In this document: positions 9,978-24,200 of the stretch, one piece after another | Layout: every line of letters starts with the position of its first letter | Numbering within the stretch: position 1 is the first letter of the stretch | Assembly (NCBI RefSeq): GCF_026571515.1 | Contig: NW_026855039.1 | Location: forward strand, 1-64,000 | Direction: 5' to 3' | Length of the DNA: 64,000 nt | From: Ruditapes philippinarum | Taxonomy: Eukaryota | Notes under the pieces: generated by a model | Databases searched by the model: none | What the model was told of the DNA's origin: nothing | The model's input: only the letters and a program-made list of their open reading frames with translations | Translations under genes and position numbers: made by a program

Positions 9978-10577
9978 AATAGACTGATTTAGAAGACAGT
10001 TTATACGGAATAGACTGCTTTTGAAGACAGTTTATACAGAATAGACTGCTTTTGATGACAGTTTATACGGAATAGACTGTTTTTGAAGGCAGTTTATATG
10101 GAATAGACTGCTTTTGATGACAGTTTATACAGAATAGACTGTTTTTGAAGGCAGTTTATATGGAATAGACTGCTTTTGATGACAGTTTATACGGAATAGA
10201 CTGCTTTTGAAGACAGTTTATACAGAATAGACTGCTTTTGATGACAGTTTATACGGAATAGACTGTTTTTTGAAGGCAGTTTATATGGAATAGACTGCTT
10301 TTGATGACAGTTTATACGAAATAGACTGCTTTTGAAGACAGTTTATACGGAATAGACTGCTTTTGATGACAGTTTATACGGAATAGACTGTTTTTGAAGG
10401 CAGTTTATATGGAATAGACTGCTTTTGATGACAGTTTATACGAAATAGACTGCTTTTGAAGGCAGTTTATATGGAATAGACACCTTTTGAAGACAGTTTA
10501 TATGGAACAGACTGCTTTTTATGACAGTTTATATGGAATAGACTGCTTTTTATGACAGTTTATACGAAATAGACTGT
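9978..10577. repeat. 31-bp minisatellite, ~19 copies
   Basis: Unit GAATAGACTGCTTTTGAAGACAGTTTATACG repeated head-to-tail. Confidence 0.95.
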
Positions 10578-11222
10578 CAGAAATCTTCAAATTTAGGCCT
10601 TTCCAATGGAGAAAAAAGTAAGTCAAAGACTAAATAGAATGCAAACCATCCTTTTTAGTTGTCAACTTGCTTAAAACATTTATAACATAGGATATTACAA
10701 TTATGAATATACATTTCATAGAGACATGCCATTTTTGAAATAAATATTTAATGCATGACCGAAATCCAACAATATTTTCCATTTACAGTTTTGAAATGAA
10801 ATGAGGATATCATTATCAATATGCCTTTAATAATACACACACTTTCTACATGATTGGAAAAACCCTGATATGTTTAATGATTTTTGTTTTACATATTATA
10901 CCTATCTTTCAAAAGATTTTGTACAAATTTTGTGTCATACTTGTATATTACAAAGAAGTTTAAAGTAAACTCATCCTCGATATCTAACAAATAATAATGT
11001 AGGCAATTTACATTTTTATATCTTTAAAAATTAAAATTTTATTTGTAAGCTATGCGATTATAATATATGAATATATTAAAATGTCCAAATCAAAATACTC
11101 GATGCTGTATTAAACAAAAATTAATATTTATTATTCCCATACAAAGTGTTTACACTGAATCAAATTAATTAAAAACTTGATTAAAGCTGTAAGTCTAGAA
11201 GGTAAGCTAGGAAAACATATCA

Positions 11223-14200
11223 TTATAATGAGCTTAACTGGTTCTTTTTGAACAAGTGCTGCGATACAATCCATTCATTACCACCAGAATAACCGAAAAC
11301 TTCCGAACAAAATATAAAAAACAGTCTCCAGTTAAACAGTTGCTGATCGGCATCTTTTCCGTAAGCTTTCTGCAAAATCTTCATCACTTTGTCTTTATTC
11401 TGGTCCAATCTCTCTAGCCATGCTTCTAATGTCTTACTATAGTTTGTCCCGTTGACGATCCAGTAATCCTCTATTCTAACCCCATTCTGTAATCACAACA
11501 AAAATCCAAATGAAATGATAAATTTACAGAAGGCCCTACGATAATGTTGTTAGCAACTGTTGGCCCAACTGTTTTGTACGTACACTTGATTATGTTTGTG
11601 AAATTGTATATTGTGTGTATATTTATACAATAAAATAATATTAAACTTAATATATTTAGACAAGTTTACATAACACATGGTTTTCCCTAGGAATTAGTGA
11701 CAGAAGACATATGTCTACCCAGATATTTTTCAGTGCTAGGTTTCTATTTCAAAGACAGCCAACAAGGTTTACAGTTATCTTTTTTAAACCACCAGGCCAC
11801 AGTTGCCTCATATAAATTTTCATAAAACAAGAACTGTCGGAGGACAGTAACGCTTGACTATTCAAAAATTTGTCACAAGGGTGTTTCATTGAGTATAATA
11901 ATGCTTACCTATATGAATACATAAAATTGTCCGAAAAGGTACAAACCCTTCAAGTTTCAATACATTCCCTTCAGTAGTTATGGAGATACAAGCATACACA
12001 AAAACTTAACCAAGAATTTATGAATTGAATAAGGGGGATAATTATGCGAAAAAGTAAATCAGAGTTATGGGACTTGTGCCAATCATCTTAGATAATCACA
12101 GACAACAAGTGTGTGAAGTTTCAATCCATTCCCTTCAGTAGTTATGGAGATACCAGCTTACACGCAAAAACTTAACCAAGAATTTCTAAGTCGAAAAAGG
12201 GGCATAATTATGTAAAAAAGCAAATCAGAGTTATGGCACTTGTGCCAATCATCTTAGATAATCACAGAGAACAAGTGTGTGAAGTTTCAATCCATTCCCT
12301 TCAGTAGTTATGGAGATACCAGCTTACACGCAAAAACTTAACCAAGAATTTCTAAGTCGAAAAAGGGGCATAATTATGTAAAAAAGCAAACCAGAGTTAA
12401 GGGACTTGTGCCAATCATCTTAGATAATCACAGACAACAAGTGTGTGAAGTTTCAATCCATTCCCTTCAGTAGTTATGGAGATACCAGCTTACACGCAAA
12501 AACTTAACCAAGAATTTCTAAGTCGAAAAAGGGGCATAATTATGTAAAAAAGCAAATCAGAGTTATGGCACTTGTGCCAATCATCTTAGATAATCACAGA
12601 GAACAAGTGTGTGAAGTTTCAATCCATTCCCTTCATTAGTTATGGAGATACCAGCTTACATACAAAAACTAAACCACAGGGACGCCGACGCCGACAAATG
12701 GGTGACTGCATTAGTTCGATTATTCTGCGAATACTCGAGCTTAAAACCATTACAAAACATGAGGTGTGCTGCTTTAAATCTAAATTTAAGTTTTTTTCCA
12801 TCTATTTTCTTAATTACTTCCCAATAAATATAAACAAATGTACTGATGAAAAGGTACACCAAAAATAAACAAATGTAGGATAAAACAAACCTGGAAATAC
12901 AAGTATAAGTCTACTGAGGGCATGGTCCCACCGGTGAAGAAATTTTTTGCCATCCATTCAGTGTCTGAGCCAGGTTTTGTATCGAAGGCATATGGGTGTA
13001 GTTTATGGCACAGAACTTGTATAAACAATTTTCCGGAGGGCTTTAACCATGATGATACTCTCTGCATTAATATCTCATAATTCTTCATGTGCTGGAAAAA
13101 AAACCAATAACAACAACCAAACATAACACATAATTGTATCATATCTCATGGCAGAAGTTAATATGAATGTAAATATCACCTTTTGGGGTCTTTTTCTAAT
13201 ACAAAATTGAAAACTTTATCTTAATGAATCGAATGATTAAGTCTTCAGTAAAAATAAAGTAACGCATAGAGTAGCACAATCAGTAGCCCTCGGTTATTAT
13301 AAAAAATCAAACACTTCCAAAGTACTATGGAAAGTAACAAAAAATTGCAACTGGCAATCACAACTCTTCGGACCTTTTAGTCACACTTTGGTTAAAAAAC
13401 CACAGCAGTCAGAACAATAGTAAGGACATACATGTACTAATTACAAGCAGTATAGTGGTTAAATTACACTGCAAAAATTATACATTACTGCAGAATATTT
13501 AGTACAGCAGCCAGCAATTCTTGAATCATTTCATCACATTGTGCAAAAATTGACTAAAATAATGTATTTTCAAAGGTTAAGATATAAAATAAACATCACC
13601 TATTTTTATTGTTTTAATCTTATTCATACTCCCCAAAGTACAGAATTAAAACCAAGTGTGCATAGTATTTTAAATCATATTCTGATCTTGTGTCAGTGGT
13701 ACATGGTGACTGTTGGTCATAATCTAAATTATCCAAATACATGATCCTTTCTTTCAGATGGGTAATACACGTCCCTCAAAATTATGTAATAATGATCAGT
13801 TATATGCTTATAACTGAGCATTTCATTCGGTTTCTTGTGAAAAGCTGTCCTCTTAATGCCTACAACTAAGCATTTTGTTCAGTTTCTTGTGTATATAAGC
13901 TATGTGTTCTATAGGCCTATAACTAAGCATTTTATACAGTTTCATGAGTTTAAAATCATTACTTTATAGCGAGTATGAACAGGCAAAAATAGAAACCATT
14001 ATTGGAACAATACATCAAAATTTTGATAAACATATTCCCAAAGTTTTGGCACAAAAGTTTCTCAAAAATTAAAAATAAAATAACAAGCTCAAAGGTCAAA
14101 TAGTTTGATACTGAACACCAGTGTAAAAATCAAAGCAAAGCATTTGATTGGCTAATTTACCAATAAAGCTTATCATTGACCAATCAAAATAGTTTCTGTC

Positions 14201-17200
14201 AAACACTCAGGTCTCTGTCTGACATACTCATTTGTCAACAATCAAAACAAGTAGAATTTTATTGTGACTGCTATTTATATCTATTTATTTATTCATTTAA
14301 CCTTATAATTATTAAAATCAGCACCTCAAACATTTCTATTGAAATAATCCTGTCAAATCTTTTAGCAGTAGTGAACACATTGGCATCTGCTGTAATACAT
14401 TCTAGTTTCCCTTGGTAACCACCTGCTAATGCCCGATCTTGTATCAACTGTCTCTGTGTGTTAGAGTTGGATACACAAGTAACGTTACATCTTGGGAACT
14501 TCTCACATATGTACAAAGACAAAGATCCCCAGCCACATCCTAAATCCTGCAAAAATAAACCAGGAATAAACAACATGTCTAGCCATAAATTAAATCAGGC
14601 AATATCAACCAAGAGAGTTATGTGCGACACAAAAGAGAACGGACGGACGGACAACGGTAAATCTAAATGCCCCTCCCCCCAAAGTGTGGGCACAAAAATC
14701 AACTGGGGCACTCAAAAGGAAAAAATGTGAGAAAAAAATTATTAAAGAAATGTACTTTATTTAAATCTAAAATTGACATTCAGTGTGATTCTAAGTGGGA
14801 TTTGAGTCAAAAGCTATGCTTTTCATTTATAGGTAATATTTTATTGCACAATATAAATGTTTATTCTAGAAAAAGGGAGTGAATGAATAATCTGATATTT
14901 TGCATACAAGTTCTTGGTAAGCATTTAAAAGCTATGCTTTTCATTTATAGGTTATATATTTTTATATTTTCGCACAATATAAATGTTTATTCTGAATGAA
15001 TAATCTGATATTCTGCACACAAGTTCTTGGTATGGACGTACATTAAATGATATAGATAGATAGACAATTAACTTGTGTGCAAATTTTCAGATCAATCCCT
15101 CATTTCATTTTTAGAATGTGGAACATCATCGAAAATTTGAAAGCGCTAAGTAGCACAAAAATCTATTTTCAATTAATTATGAGTTTTTTTCTTAAATATT
15201 TTTTGCATATATTTTTGTTTTTATTGCCCTGGTCTCTGTAAGAACTTCAAATTTTATGTTTATAGGCTTTTGGACCTCAGTGGAGTTCCTTAAATTAAAT
15301 AATTATGAACATTCCAATTATACTGCCAAATCATATAAATTGAACCCCACCTATTACACTTACTATTCTATTTAATTATTCAAGACTGCATTTTCAACCT
15401 TAAAGTGTATCTAACTGTAACATAACTACCCATCTAAAAGTGATACTTACAAGAATTGTCTGGCCATCTTGCACCCCTGCTCTCTCACATATTTCTTTAA
15501 GAGACAAATCTTCAGCTGAAAATACAAAAAATATGTCAAACTCTCCTACATTAATATATCTGTTTCATTGAAAATTTGTTTTTAACAATGAAAAACAAAA
15601 ACAAAAGTTGACATATGGATTTTTTTGTTAGGTTTTACTTTTCACCAACACATTATAGGTCATATGGCGACTTTTCAGCTTTACTGGTGGAGGAAGACCT
15701 CAGGTGCCCTTCTGTGCATTACTTCAAACACGGACGGGCACCAGTCTTAGTAGAACCACCAACATTCCTAAGCTAGCTGGACAGCTTCCTCACATGAAAG
15801 AATCCAAAGTCCCTGTCGGGATTCGAACCCACAGCGATGGGGGCAAGTGATTTGAAGTCAACATCCTCAACCACTCTGCCAAGGATCCCCCTCATGTGGA
15901 TTTGAAAAAGCTGTAGGTTAATATATGCATATTTTGCATGAATCTTTTACGGGATCTTCATCACAGAAGAAGTTGAATCCATTGGTGTAAAATTGATGAC
16001 ACCTCATCCAGGTGGATTAATATAATGCAAAGGAGAGCAAATTCTCATACAAGAAAAAAATACCTGCTGTGCATAAAGGAATATCTGATGGTTACTAATA
16101 TAATTTTCAAATTGTCAATGAACAGCCAACTTATGTCCAGAACAGTTTGGATGTGACATTTTAAGTGCTAAATAAAACTTACAACTAGTGTTGATCATAA
16201 ATGCCATTTCTCTACTGCTCTATTTCTTTTACAAAGTATTACATTGCATTAAATGTTTTCCCCTTGTATAAAAAATTTTGTACAGTTTTTCATACAGTAT
16301 ACCTAAGTTGGTAACGCTTACATTTTCAGCAGTGCAAACTACTGGCTACATGATAAAATCTCTTCCAAATACAGAATAACCTCTTCAGAGAGGCCAGCTG
16401 CAGAGCCATTACATCTATACAACAACAATATCATTTCATCCAAAAGTAAACAATCTTTACATCAATAATATCATTCCTAGCAAAAGTAAACATTTACAGT
16501 AAATATAACATAGAGCAACACCTCTCTTCAGCAACCAAAACATTTGCCTCCCATTAATAGGGTATTACTTTGCAGAGGTTGGACTGTTATACAAATGTTA
16601 AAATTATTAGTTGTAAGAAATAGTATCTCAAAACATTTTTAGCAGCTAATTCTTTATACAGATTAAGGTTATATTTTACTGTACCATCTTCTAATGTATT
16701 AACACCTGCTGGCCAGCTACATCCACTGTACTTCAACCTCTTCCCAAGGACCTAAAATATATAATATTATCAGTCTCAGATTGAAGTTTACGAAGATACC
16801 TTTGGAATTGACAATTTAAGAGGAATTTTACACAAATTGGAAACTTTAGCGGTTGTTTGGCTTTGCTAAAAATTGAGTACTTAAACTTTCAATAAGTGAA
16901 TGATAATCAACCATATCATTGTGAAAGCTACTTAATTTTATGTTTTATAGATTCTATGAACAATTATTTCATTACATAATTTGGGCTTTATACCCTTATA
17001 ACATTACAATTTTGCATTACATAGCCATGTATAGTTTAGTATCTTTAGGTCTATTGATATTTGTTGTTGGGTTTGAACTCACACTATAAAGGTCATATGG
17101 TGACTTTCCAGCTTCATTAGTAGAGGAAGACTTTAGGTGCCTCTTCATGCATTTACTAGCAGGCACCCGAGTAGAACCCTCAAAGCTCTGTATAGGTTCC

Positions 17201-20200
17201 ATGAAAGAATTTAAAGTGCCTGGGTGGTTTTGAATGTACAGCAGTGAGGTGCTAGTGGATGCTTTCTTAGACTCATCATACACAGGTCATGTACATATCA
17301 AGAAAAGTAATTCAAGATGAACTTTTACCTATGGTCTCTTAACAAGTTTCATAGCCAAACATACATGATACAGGATGGGTAAATATTGGTAAACTGAACC
17401 AGTCCTTAAAGCACCAATAAATCACAACCTCGGAGACTTCTCTATATCTTATGATAATTTATTACAACATGTAAAACATGACTGTAGTAATAATCGCTTT
17501 AAGCAATTAGTGCTAGGAAAACATCCTCAAAAGGATTCTAAACAGAAAAATTAATGAGTTTATTCCCTTCATGCATATCTGTTGAGTTAAACAAAGATTT
17601 TGACAAGACTATGTGGTTTACTGGTTATTTGAGGTTTTAGTATTACATGTAGTTCAATGTGAACAAATATCAATATAATCATTTTTTACCGTTAAGAAAA
17701 ATTCTGATGGAACTTCATAATGTTGTTCATTAGCTTTGTCGGTATCTATAGCAACAGGTGACTCTCTTAGTCTCTGTATAAACTTCTTCTTGAAGAATGA
17801 CTGTTTCTCTAAGTCACCTCCACATTCTAGTTTCTGTATCCATGCTGCAAGGTTTGCTCTAACACCTAGAGATAAAACATGCAATGCTGTGAAAAAGGCT
17901 CAAAAGTAATTGGCACAAGAGTGTGGTATACAAGAGTATAATTATGAGTTTTATGCAACTTATATAACCTTAATTTCAAAAAAACATGTTGCATTTATAA
18001 TGTAAGTAGTTTTTTGTTACTACACTATACTGTGGAAGCTAAATGCAGGTGTTTGTCCTTCCGCAAGATTTGAATAATTATGTCTCTAAGATGTACACAT
18101 TGGACCTTAAGTTCAATCCAAAAATGCATGTAAAAGGCAGATCATATCAAGGTGTATCAAGGTGCGTCCACATATAAAGTTTTAATGAATTACCTTTATT
18201 AGTATTGAAGTCAACAACCATAAACAAAACTTTACAATAAAGATCAACCAACCCTGACTCTGATGAGTGGGTCTTGACAATAGTTTAGTCAAAATATTAA
18301 AAGATGTGCCAATACTAGATTCTGAGATATTTTACACCAGGTCAGAATCGACGTAGAGGGAAGATATTGCCCATACACATAATAGCAACATACATTTTGT
18401 ATCTCAATGCGTAGTTTAATTAGTTGGACTATTATAAACTTAGCAGGATGCTTTGGAACAAGGTAAAGGTGCATTAAATTTTAGTTCTATAAATATCACA
18501 TTGCTTTGTTAAATGATTAAAGGAGATAAAACTTTCATTTTTTAAGTATTTTGAGAACAGCAGAATCACCAGGAGGAAGAAGCATAGTAAGATCTCCTAC
18601 TATGCTACAGGAGCTCCTAGAAAAGTACGAAAAGTAAGATTGTACAGTATTTTTAAAAACATCTATGTAATGTTGGTTTTCAAAATCTGTTGGTTGGTCT
18701 TGCAGTCAAAATATTGACACTAAAAGTGACTGTGTCATGGATGCTGACTAATACACCATAGAAATCTTATGGAAGCTCCATCACAATGCTTTTGTGCACA
18801 TGACTTTGTCATGTTGTCTCATTCCATAAAACCTCAGAACTGTGCTCTGGAAAGTTACAACACCATTTCATTGTCAGATCGCATTGTTAAATATTTAGAT
18901 CAATGTCTATCTGGTGAGTCTATAGCTAATCAGGTAATTAAGAAGGCCAATGCAAAACTTAAGTTTTTATATAGAAAAAGCTCATTTTTAAAAAGGTACA
19001 TGTATACTAAACAGCTTTTAGTTTCTTCATTAATACAATGTCATTTTGATTATGCGTGTGTCTCCTGGTATTTAGGGTTGAGTCAAAATCTAAAAAATAG
19101 ACTTCAGGCCACACAGAATAAATTGGTGAGATTTATACTTAATCTCAGTCCCCGTACTCATATAGGGAGGGCTCATTTTGAGGAAGTTGGTTGGTTACCA
19201 GTACATCTGAGGGTAAATTTCCTTATTCTTGGTCATGTACATAAGATACACAACAGAAGTACACCCAGTTATTTAAATGAGCATTTTCAAATTGCAAATG
19301 AGGTACACTCTTACTCCACTCGATTTAGAGATAGTAACAGTTATTCTATTCCCAGAGTTAAGGGTTTCGGAAAGAAAACATTTGTATTTATAATGGTTGT
19401 CAGGAATGGAACAGGTTACCAACACATCTTAGGTTCATAACAAGTCGTGATAATTTTAAAAAATCTCTTAAGGAACATTTTATGCAATCAATATCTGTTA
19501 AGTCATTTTAATCCAATCATATATTACTCAGTTTTTATTTATGTATTTTTTTATGTTCACTGCATATTTTAGTAGTACCTATTCATTGTCAGACATATCT
19601 GTCATAATTATGATTATAATACATGTGTGATAAATTTTGTGATGGAATTACTTATGTGCAATAATTGATATAAGAAGTTGTGATTGAATAATTTATGTGC
19701 AATATTTGATAATTAGTAATTATTTTGCCTTTCTTGTGTCATATGATCAATTCTAAGGACCACAATGGAAATAAGTTGGCTTATGTCTTCTTTTTGTGTC
19801 ATCCTTGGTATTGAATATATGGCATCAACACATGCACTTTCATGTTCACATGTATCTCTTGATGTTGACATCGAATTTGTAGTTGTTTTATGACATGTAT
19901 TTTTTTACCAGAATAAAACTATCTATCTATTGAAAAACACCATGAAGAGTGACAGGGGCTTCAGATCTATGACCTCCCACAGTTCTTATAGCGAGCTCGA
20001 CGAGCTGGCCCGAAGGGCCTGCTCGCAAAGCGAGCTTTACAGTAACGCGAGTACCTGCTAAGTGATGGTTTTGAAAACTTTCGTCCGAAGTACCGAATTG
20101 GACACATCGCAACTTTTCGAATTTAAAGATAACGATAAAAACTGAGGAATTCTGACTGGATGTGTAGACTGGTCACCCGCGCACGTCTATGGGAACCATA

Positions 20201-21048
20201 ATTGGACAGGGACCAGAATAACGGAAGCTGTGTATAAAATATCGAATGACAGTTTTAAAACGGAAAATGTAAAATGAAAATTGAAGGCGCCATTTTGTTT
20301 GAAAAATCTGACAAATAAAAACAATTTTTTTGTCGAATTTTGTTGTGAAAACTATCTAGTATGAAAGGAAATGGTCTAACTAAGAAAATGAATCCGAACA
20401 CCAATATCTTTTATTCAGTCGTTAACGCTGTACAGACGTTTAAAGTATTGTTTACGCGACGTCACAATGTAGCGCCAAACAACACGTGCAAAACAATCAA
20501 ATCAAGTACGCTATTTTAATGTCGCAAACGTTTTAAGTTTTACATTTATTTCACTTTTAATAATCTTTATTTCGCTTGAAAAATTATAGAGTAAAATAAA
20601 ATAAACAAACAAAGTTTTATCAACGTTTTCAAAACTCGTTATTCATTTAACGACAGGGGCAGAGCCATATTTAACACAGTACGTGTGACGTCACACGCAC
20701 TCGTCAATGCATTTGAAATAAAAATGAGCGATTATGTCATACTATTTCACGTTCAATTTTAAAGTACATCAAGCTCGCTTTGAGGCTTTGTCTTTTACAT
20801 ATTAAATTTGGTCCAGCTTGAAGAAAAAACACCTTCACTAAATAGTAAATACATGCACAGATATGTAAACAATATCTAGCTCCATGATACATGTTATTAC
20901 ATGATGCAAACAGCTGGAAACAGGGAAAGTATGCATGATTACTAATCAAAAGTTTTCTAAGAATGCATCATAAAAAATATAATTTTATATGACTAATATA
21001 AACCAAAACATTTTCTTTACCACTTCTCAAAGCGTCGTCAGATGCCAT
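11223..21048 (-). CDS. SAM-dependent methyltransferase, coclaurine N-methyltransferase / cyclopropane-fatty-acid synthase (CMAS)-like; 7 exons, 340 aa
   Basis: GT-AG exons with consistent phases: 21048-21021, 17865-17690, 16751-16685, 15515-15451, 14546-14325, 13091-12891, 11486-11223. Motifs ANEQHYEVP, LKYS, ILDLGCGWGS, SIEMFEHMKNY, FFTGGTMPS, GGNEWIVSQHLF. Confidence 0.93.
11826..12746 (+). mobile_element. HINE-like element with 166-bp tandem repeats (intronic)
   Basis: AACAAG start; units at 12107, 12273, 12439 and 12605; GACGCC microrepeat and a terminal hairpin ending CTCGAGCTTAAAA. Confidence 0.8.
15625..15892 (-). mobile_element. tRNA-derived SINE
   Basis: Minus strand has A-box/B-box (GGTTCGAATCC) head and the same core as 26745-27074 (GTGAGGAAGC...GGTGGTTCTAC...GGTCTTCCTCCACCAG). 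Confidence 0.8.
17060..17260 (-). mobile_element. Degenerate SINE of the same family
   Basis: AGGTCATATGGTGACTTTCCAGCT...GAGGAAGAC...GGTGCC core similarity. Confidence 0.65.
18885..19930 (+). mobile_element. 5'-truncated LINE (CR1/L2-group) with RT C-terminal region, 3' UTR and (TATC)n tail
   Basis: ORF segment LDQCLSGE...KLKFLYR...LIQCHFDYACVSWY...LQATQNKLVRFIL is typical of the LINE ORF2 C-terminus; ends AATAAAACTATCTATCTAT. Confidence 0.85.
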
Positions 21049-21261
21049 TCCTGTAGTCGTATAATGTCACTAAATTAGAAAAAGAAAAGAACAACAGGTG
21101 CAATAGTCCAAAGTCCTGTCTGTACATAACGATAGAATCCGAACAGTGCCAAATTTGTTTACTTGACTGGTTTACAAGCTAAATTTACCGGTGACGTTAT
21201 TATGACATTTAGTTTTGATACAGTCTTTTTTCATTCGGACAACCTTGCATATTTTCCAAAA
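21049..21261. promoter_or_regulatory. Probable compact bidirectional promoter / overlapping 5' leaders
   Basis: Only 213 bp separate the divergent start codons at 21048 (-) and 21262 (+). A TGACG half-site lies at ~21192. Confidence 0.55.
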
Positions 21262-24200
21262 ATGTCAACATCACAAAATTCAGAGGAAAATCCCGAAGTT
21301 TCACATGAAAATAAAGATGAAGTACATGGAGCGAGTGGGAATGGTGGAGAATCAAGCACCCCAACAAGTCCCACGCACGCGAAATTTAAAGGTGCTGAAA
21401 TTTTTTTTGAAGTTGAGTTTGTTATTAGTTTTCGCGACATTTTTTTTTCTCAGGAATTCATTTTCATGAATTCTTTCTGTTATACCACTACGGCTTTCAG
21501 TGTTTTCAAAATGACCAGTGTTACATTTATTAACCTCTCTACTCTTGTTTCAAACTGTATTATAGTCCTATAAAATTAGACGTTTAGTACCACAGGCGCT
21601 TGTCACGTAATCAAATATTTTACATAAGTCATAACCGGTCTATATATGTATATAAAGATATCTAATTATAGTATATAGCCCATATAAAACTTTAAAAAGT
21701 TTATTTCAAGCACCTGTGTTTAGTACTACACTACGTACACTCCAACGTCTCATCAACTTCTCCATACGTTCCTTTAGCAAAACGCGCAGCGATTTTTAAG
21801 CATTACTTAAACCGTGGTAACTTACTACAAAAGCAATATTTTAGTCAAAAGATATGCAGGCAGTTAATTTAAACATTTTTGCATCAATGTACAACTTAAA
21901 TATAAATAACTCACCTTTGAGTAGTCCAATATATTAGACGTTACAGGCTTGTTATAGTTTTTGTCGGTCAAGCCTGACGTCTAATAGTTATTGCTCAAAA
22001 ACGCATAGCATCATAAAAAATTCCAAAAATGTCTATTGTCCTGCCTTGCAAGCTTTATTCAAAAGATTATCTTATTTTCTTTCAATTTCATGCTCAATCA
22101 TACACAAAAACTGTCAAACGATGTACTTATCAATTAAAAATAAAATATAAACATCAATCTGTTTTTGTCTATCAGCCATACTGGTTAAGCAAGGTGCTTT
22201 ACAGATTGATTCCAAATTTTTGAACGGAAAAATATATTCGAACACACTGACGGTGCATGGGCAATTATTTCGTTAAAAAAATATTCCGTTAGATTGTTCT
22301 GACTCAGTTAAACGCTTGCATTTGAATTAGCCAATCAGATTTCGCGCACTTTACGGCCGCCATTTGTTTATCGGCTGTAAAAGGAATTGAAATACATGAG
22401 AGGATTTAATCATGATTTTTCGGATGTGACAGTTTAATTATTTTGACAAAAGGTATTTATTTTTTAGTTTTGTTCATAAATAGGTAAAAAAATATGTAAA
22501 TACACGCTGTCTTCATTGTTTTTTGTTCCGCCCGATTTTCTGGCGGAACATGCTATGGGTTTTTGAGCAATTTCGATATGACGTTGCTTTGCCCAGAAGC
22601 AAAAATATCTCAAAGCGACGTCATATTTATAGGACTAACCTTTGAGTTGGAGTGTACGGAAACGTCTTATGTTATAGGACTAACTGTATTAGGGTTTATG
22701 AATTCATTTATTTAAGGAAGCTTTACAACGCAAACAGGACGTTTCGGCCCCAAACCAAACCGGCCCCTGTGCTAAAATCGGCCCCTAGACGTTTTGTAGT
22801 TACTATTAAGGTCCCAGCTTTTTGCATAGGGAGGCCTCAAGTCAGGTCTTCATAATCATTTATCAGTTAATTTGGGCAGTTGCCAAGTAATCCTAGTGGT
22901 GTTGAAACTCAAATCAAATGATGAGTGGAAAAAAGGCCTAAACACTTTCTTGCTAACTGTATGTTCAAAGTCATCATATTAATCTATCTATCTTCCGTTG
23001 GCTTGTTGACTTAACGCATGTACATCACACAGCGCCTGTTGATAATATCCGGCCGTGAATCTGAACTGATGACAACACTGTTACTGCCGATAATTGACTG
23101 CAATTAACATATTTTATTTGACATGATATGCAGATCCATCGGACATATTGCCCTCAAATTCACTGGTGTGCATAGCTTATACGACACCTATCACTTTAAT
23201 CAGCGAGTTTAAAACGTTTACACCCGGAATCGGTCTTACCATTTGACAATAAGTACACGCAACGTCACACCGACCGTGTAAATATATTTGCACATAAATT
23301 TATACACAACAGGAAAAGCACTAGTAAATGGCTCAATTCAATATGTGCATATGAAGTTTTAAGTTGGCGGCGTCTTTGATGTTCTTTGAATAGCATTCGC
23401 AAAAGTCGGTAAGATCATTAAAACTGGATCATTTAAACACCTGTAAAAATACGATGAAAGCATGTAGAACTTAGAAGTAACCTGCTTTAGCAAAAGGTCA
23501 TTCTTTATTGTTTTGTGCACTTAACTCACGACATTAATATCCATCTATAAAAAGAATAGAATAAAATGAATTAAAAAAACAGATTTAAATAAGACTGGAA
23601 AATAACTGATTTTTGGGTTTATTTGATTAAAAAGACAGACCATCTCCCGATCACCACTTGATTTCTGCTGATTTATTTTAAGGCCTTAACCCCCATTATA
23701 TCTAATTATTATGCAATATAAAACTTGTTTTATTAAAATAATTATTACTGAATAAAAAATCTGCATCTGTATTAAATAAAAAAAATCTGCATATGCACAT
23801 CTTATATAAAATAAATATTAATATTACTGAGTAAATAGATAAAACATCTTATAGATCAAATCAATGCACCCAGCACATTTTCACTTCTCCCTATGCCCTG
23901 ATAAGGGCTGAGGGAGAACTCACTTCTCAATTGACATTAGATTAACTCGAACCCTCTAGTTATTTGTTAAGAACTTAAGATTTTATATTCTATTCTAGTC
24001 ATTAAATTGATGTACAAGCTTGTTCATGTTTAATTATGTTAAGTTCAATAAATTTTTAGCAGTAAAAGTATAAGGCTTTTAAAATTAAAAGTTTTCTTGA
24101 CGTGTCTTTGGCTATGGGAATCGTATTGTATCCAAAAGTATCATATCGTACTTGCATATCACGATACGTATCGTATCGTGAGGTAGGTGTATCGTTACAC

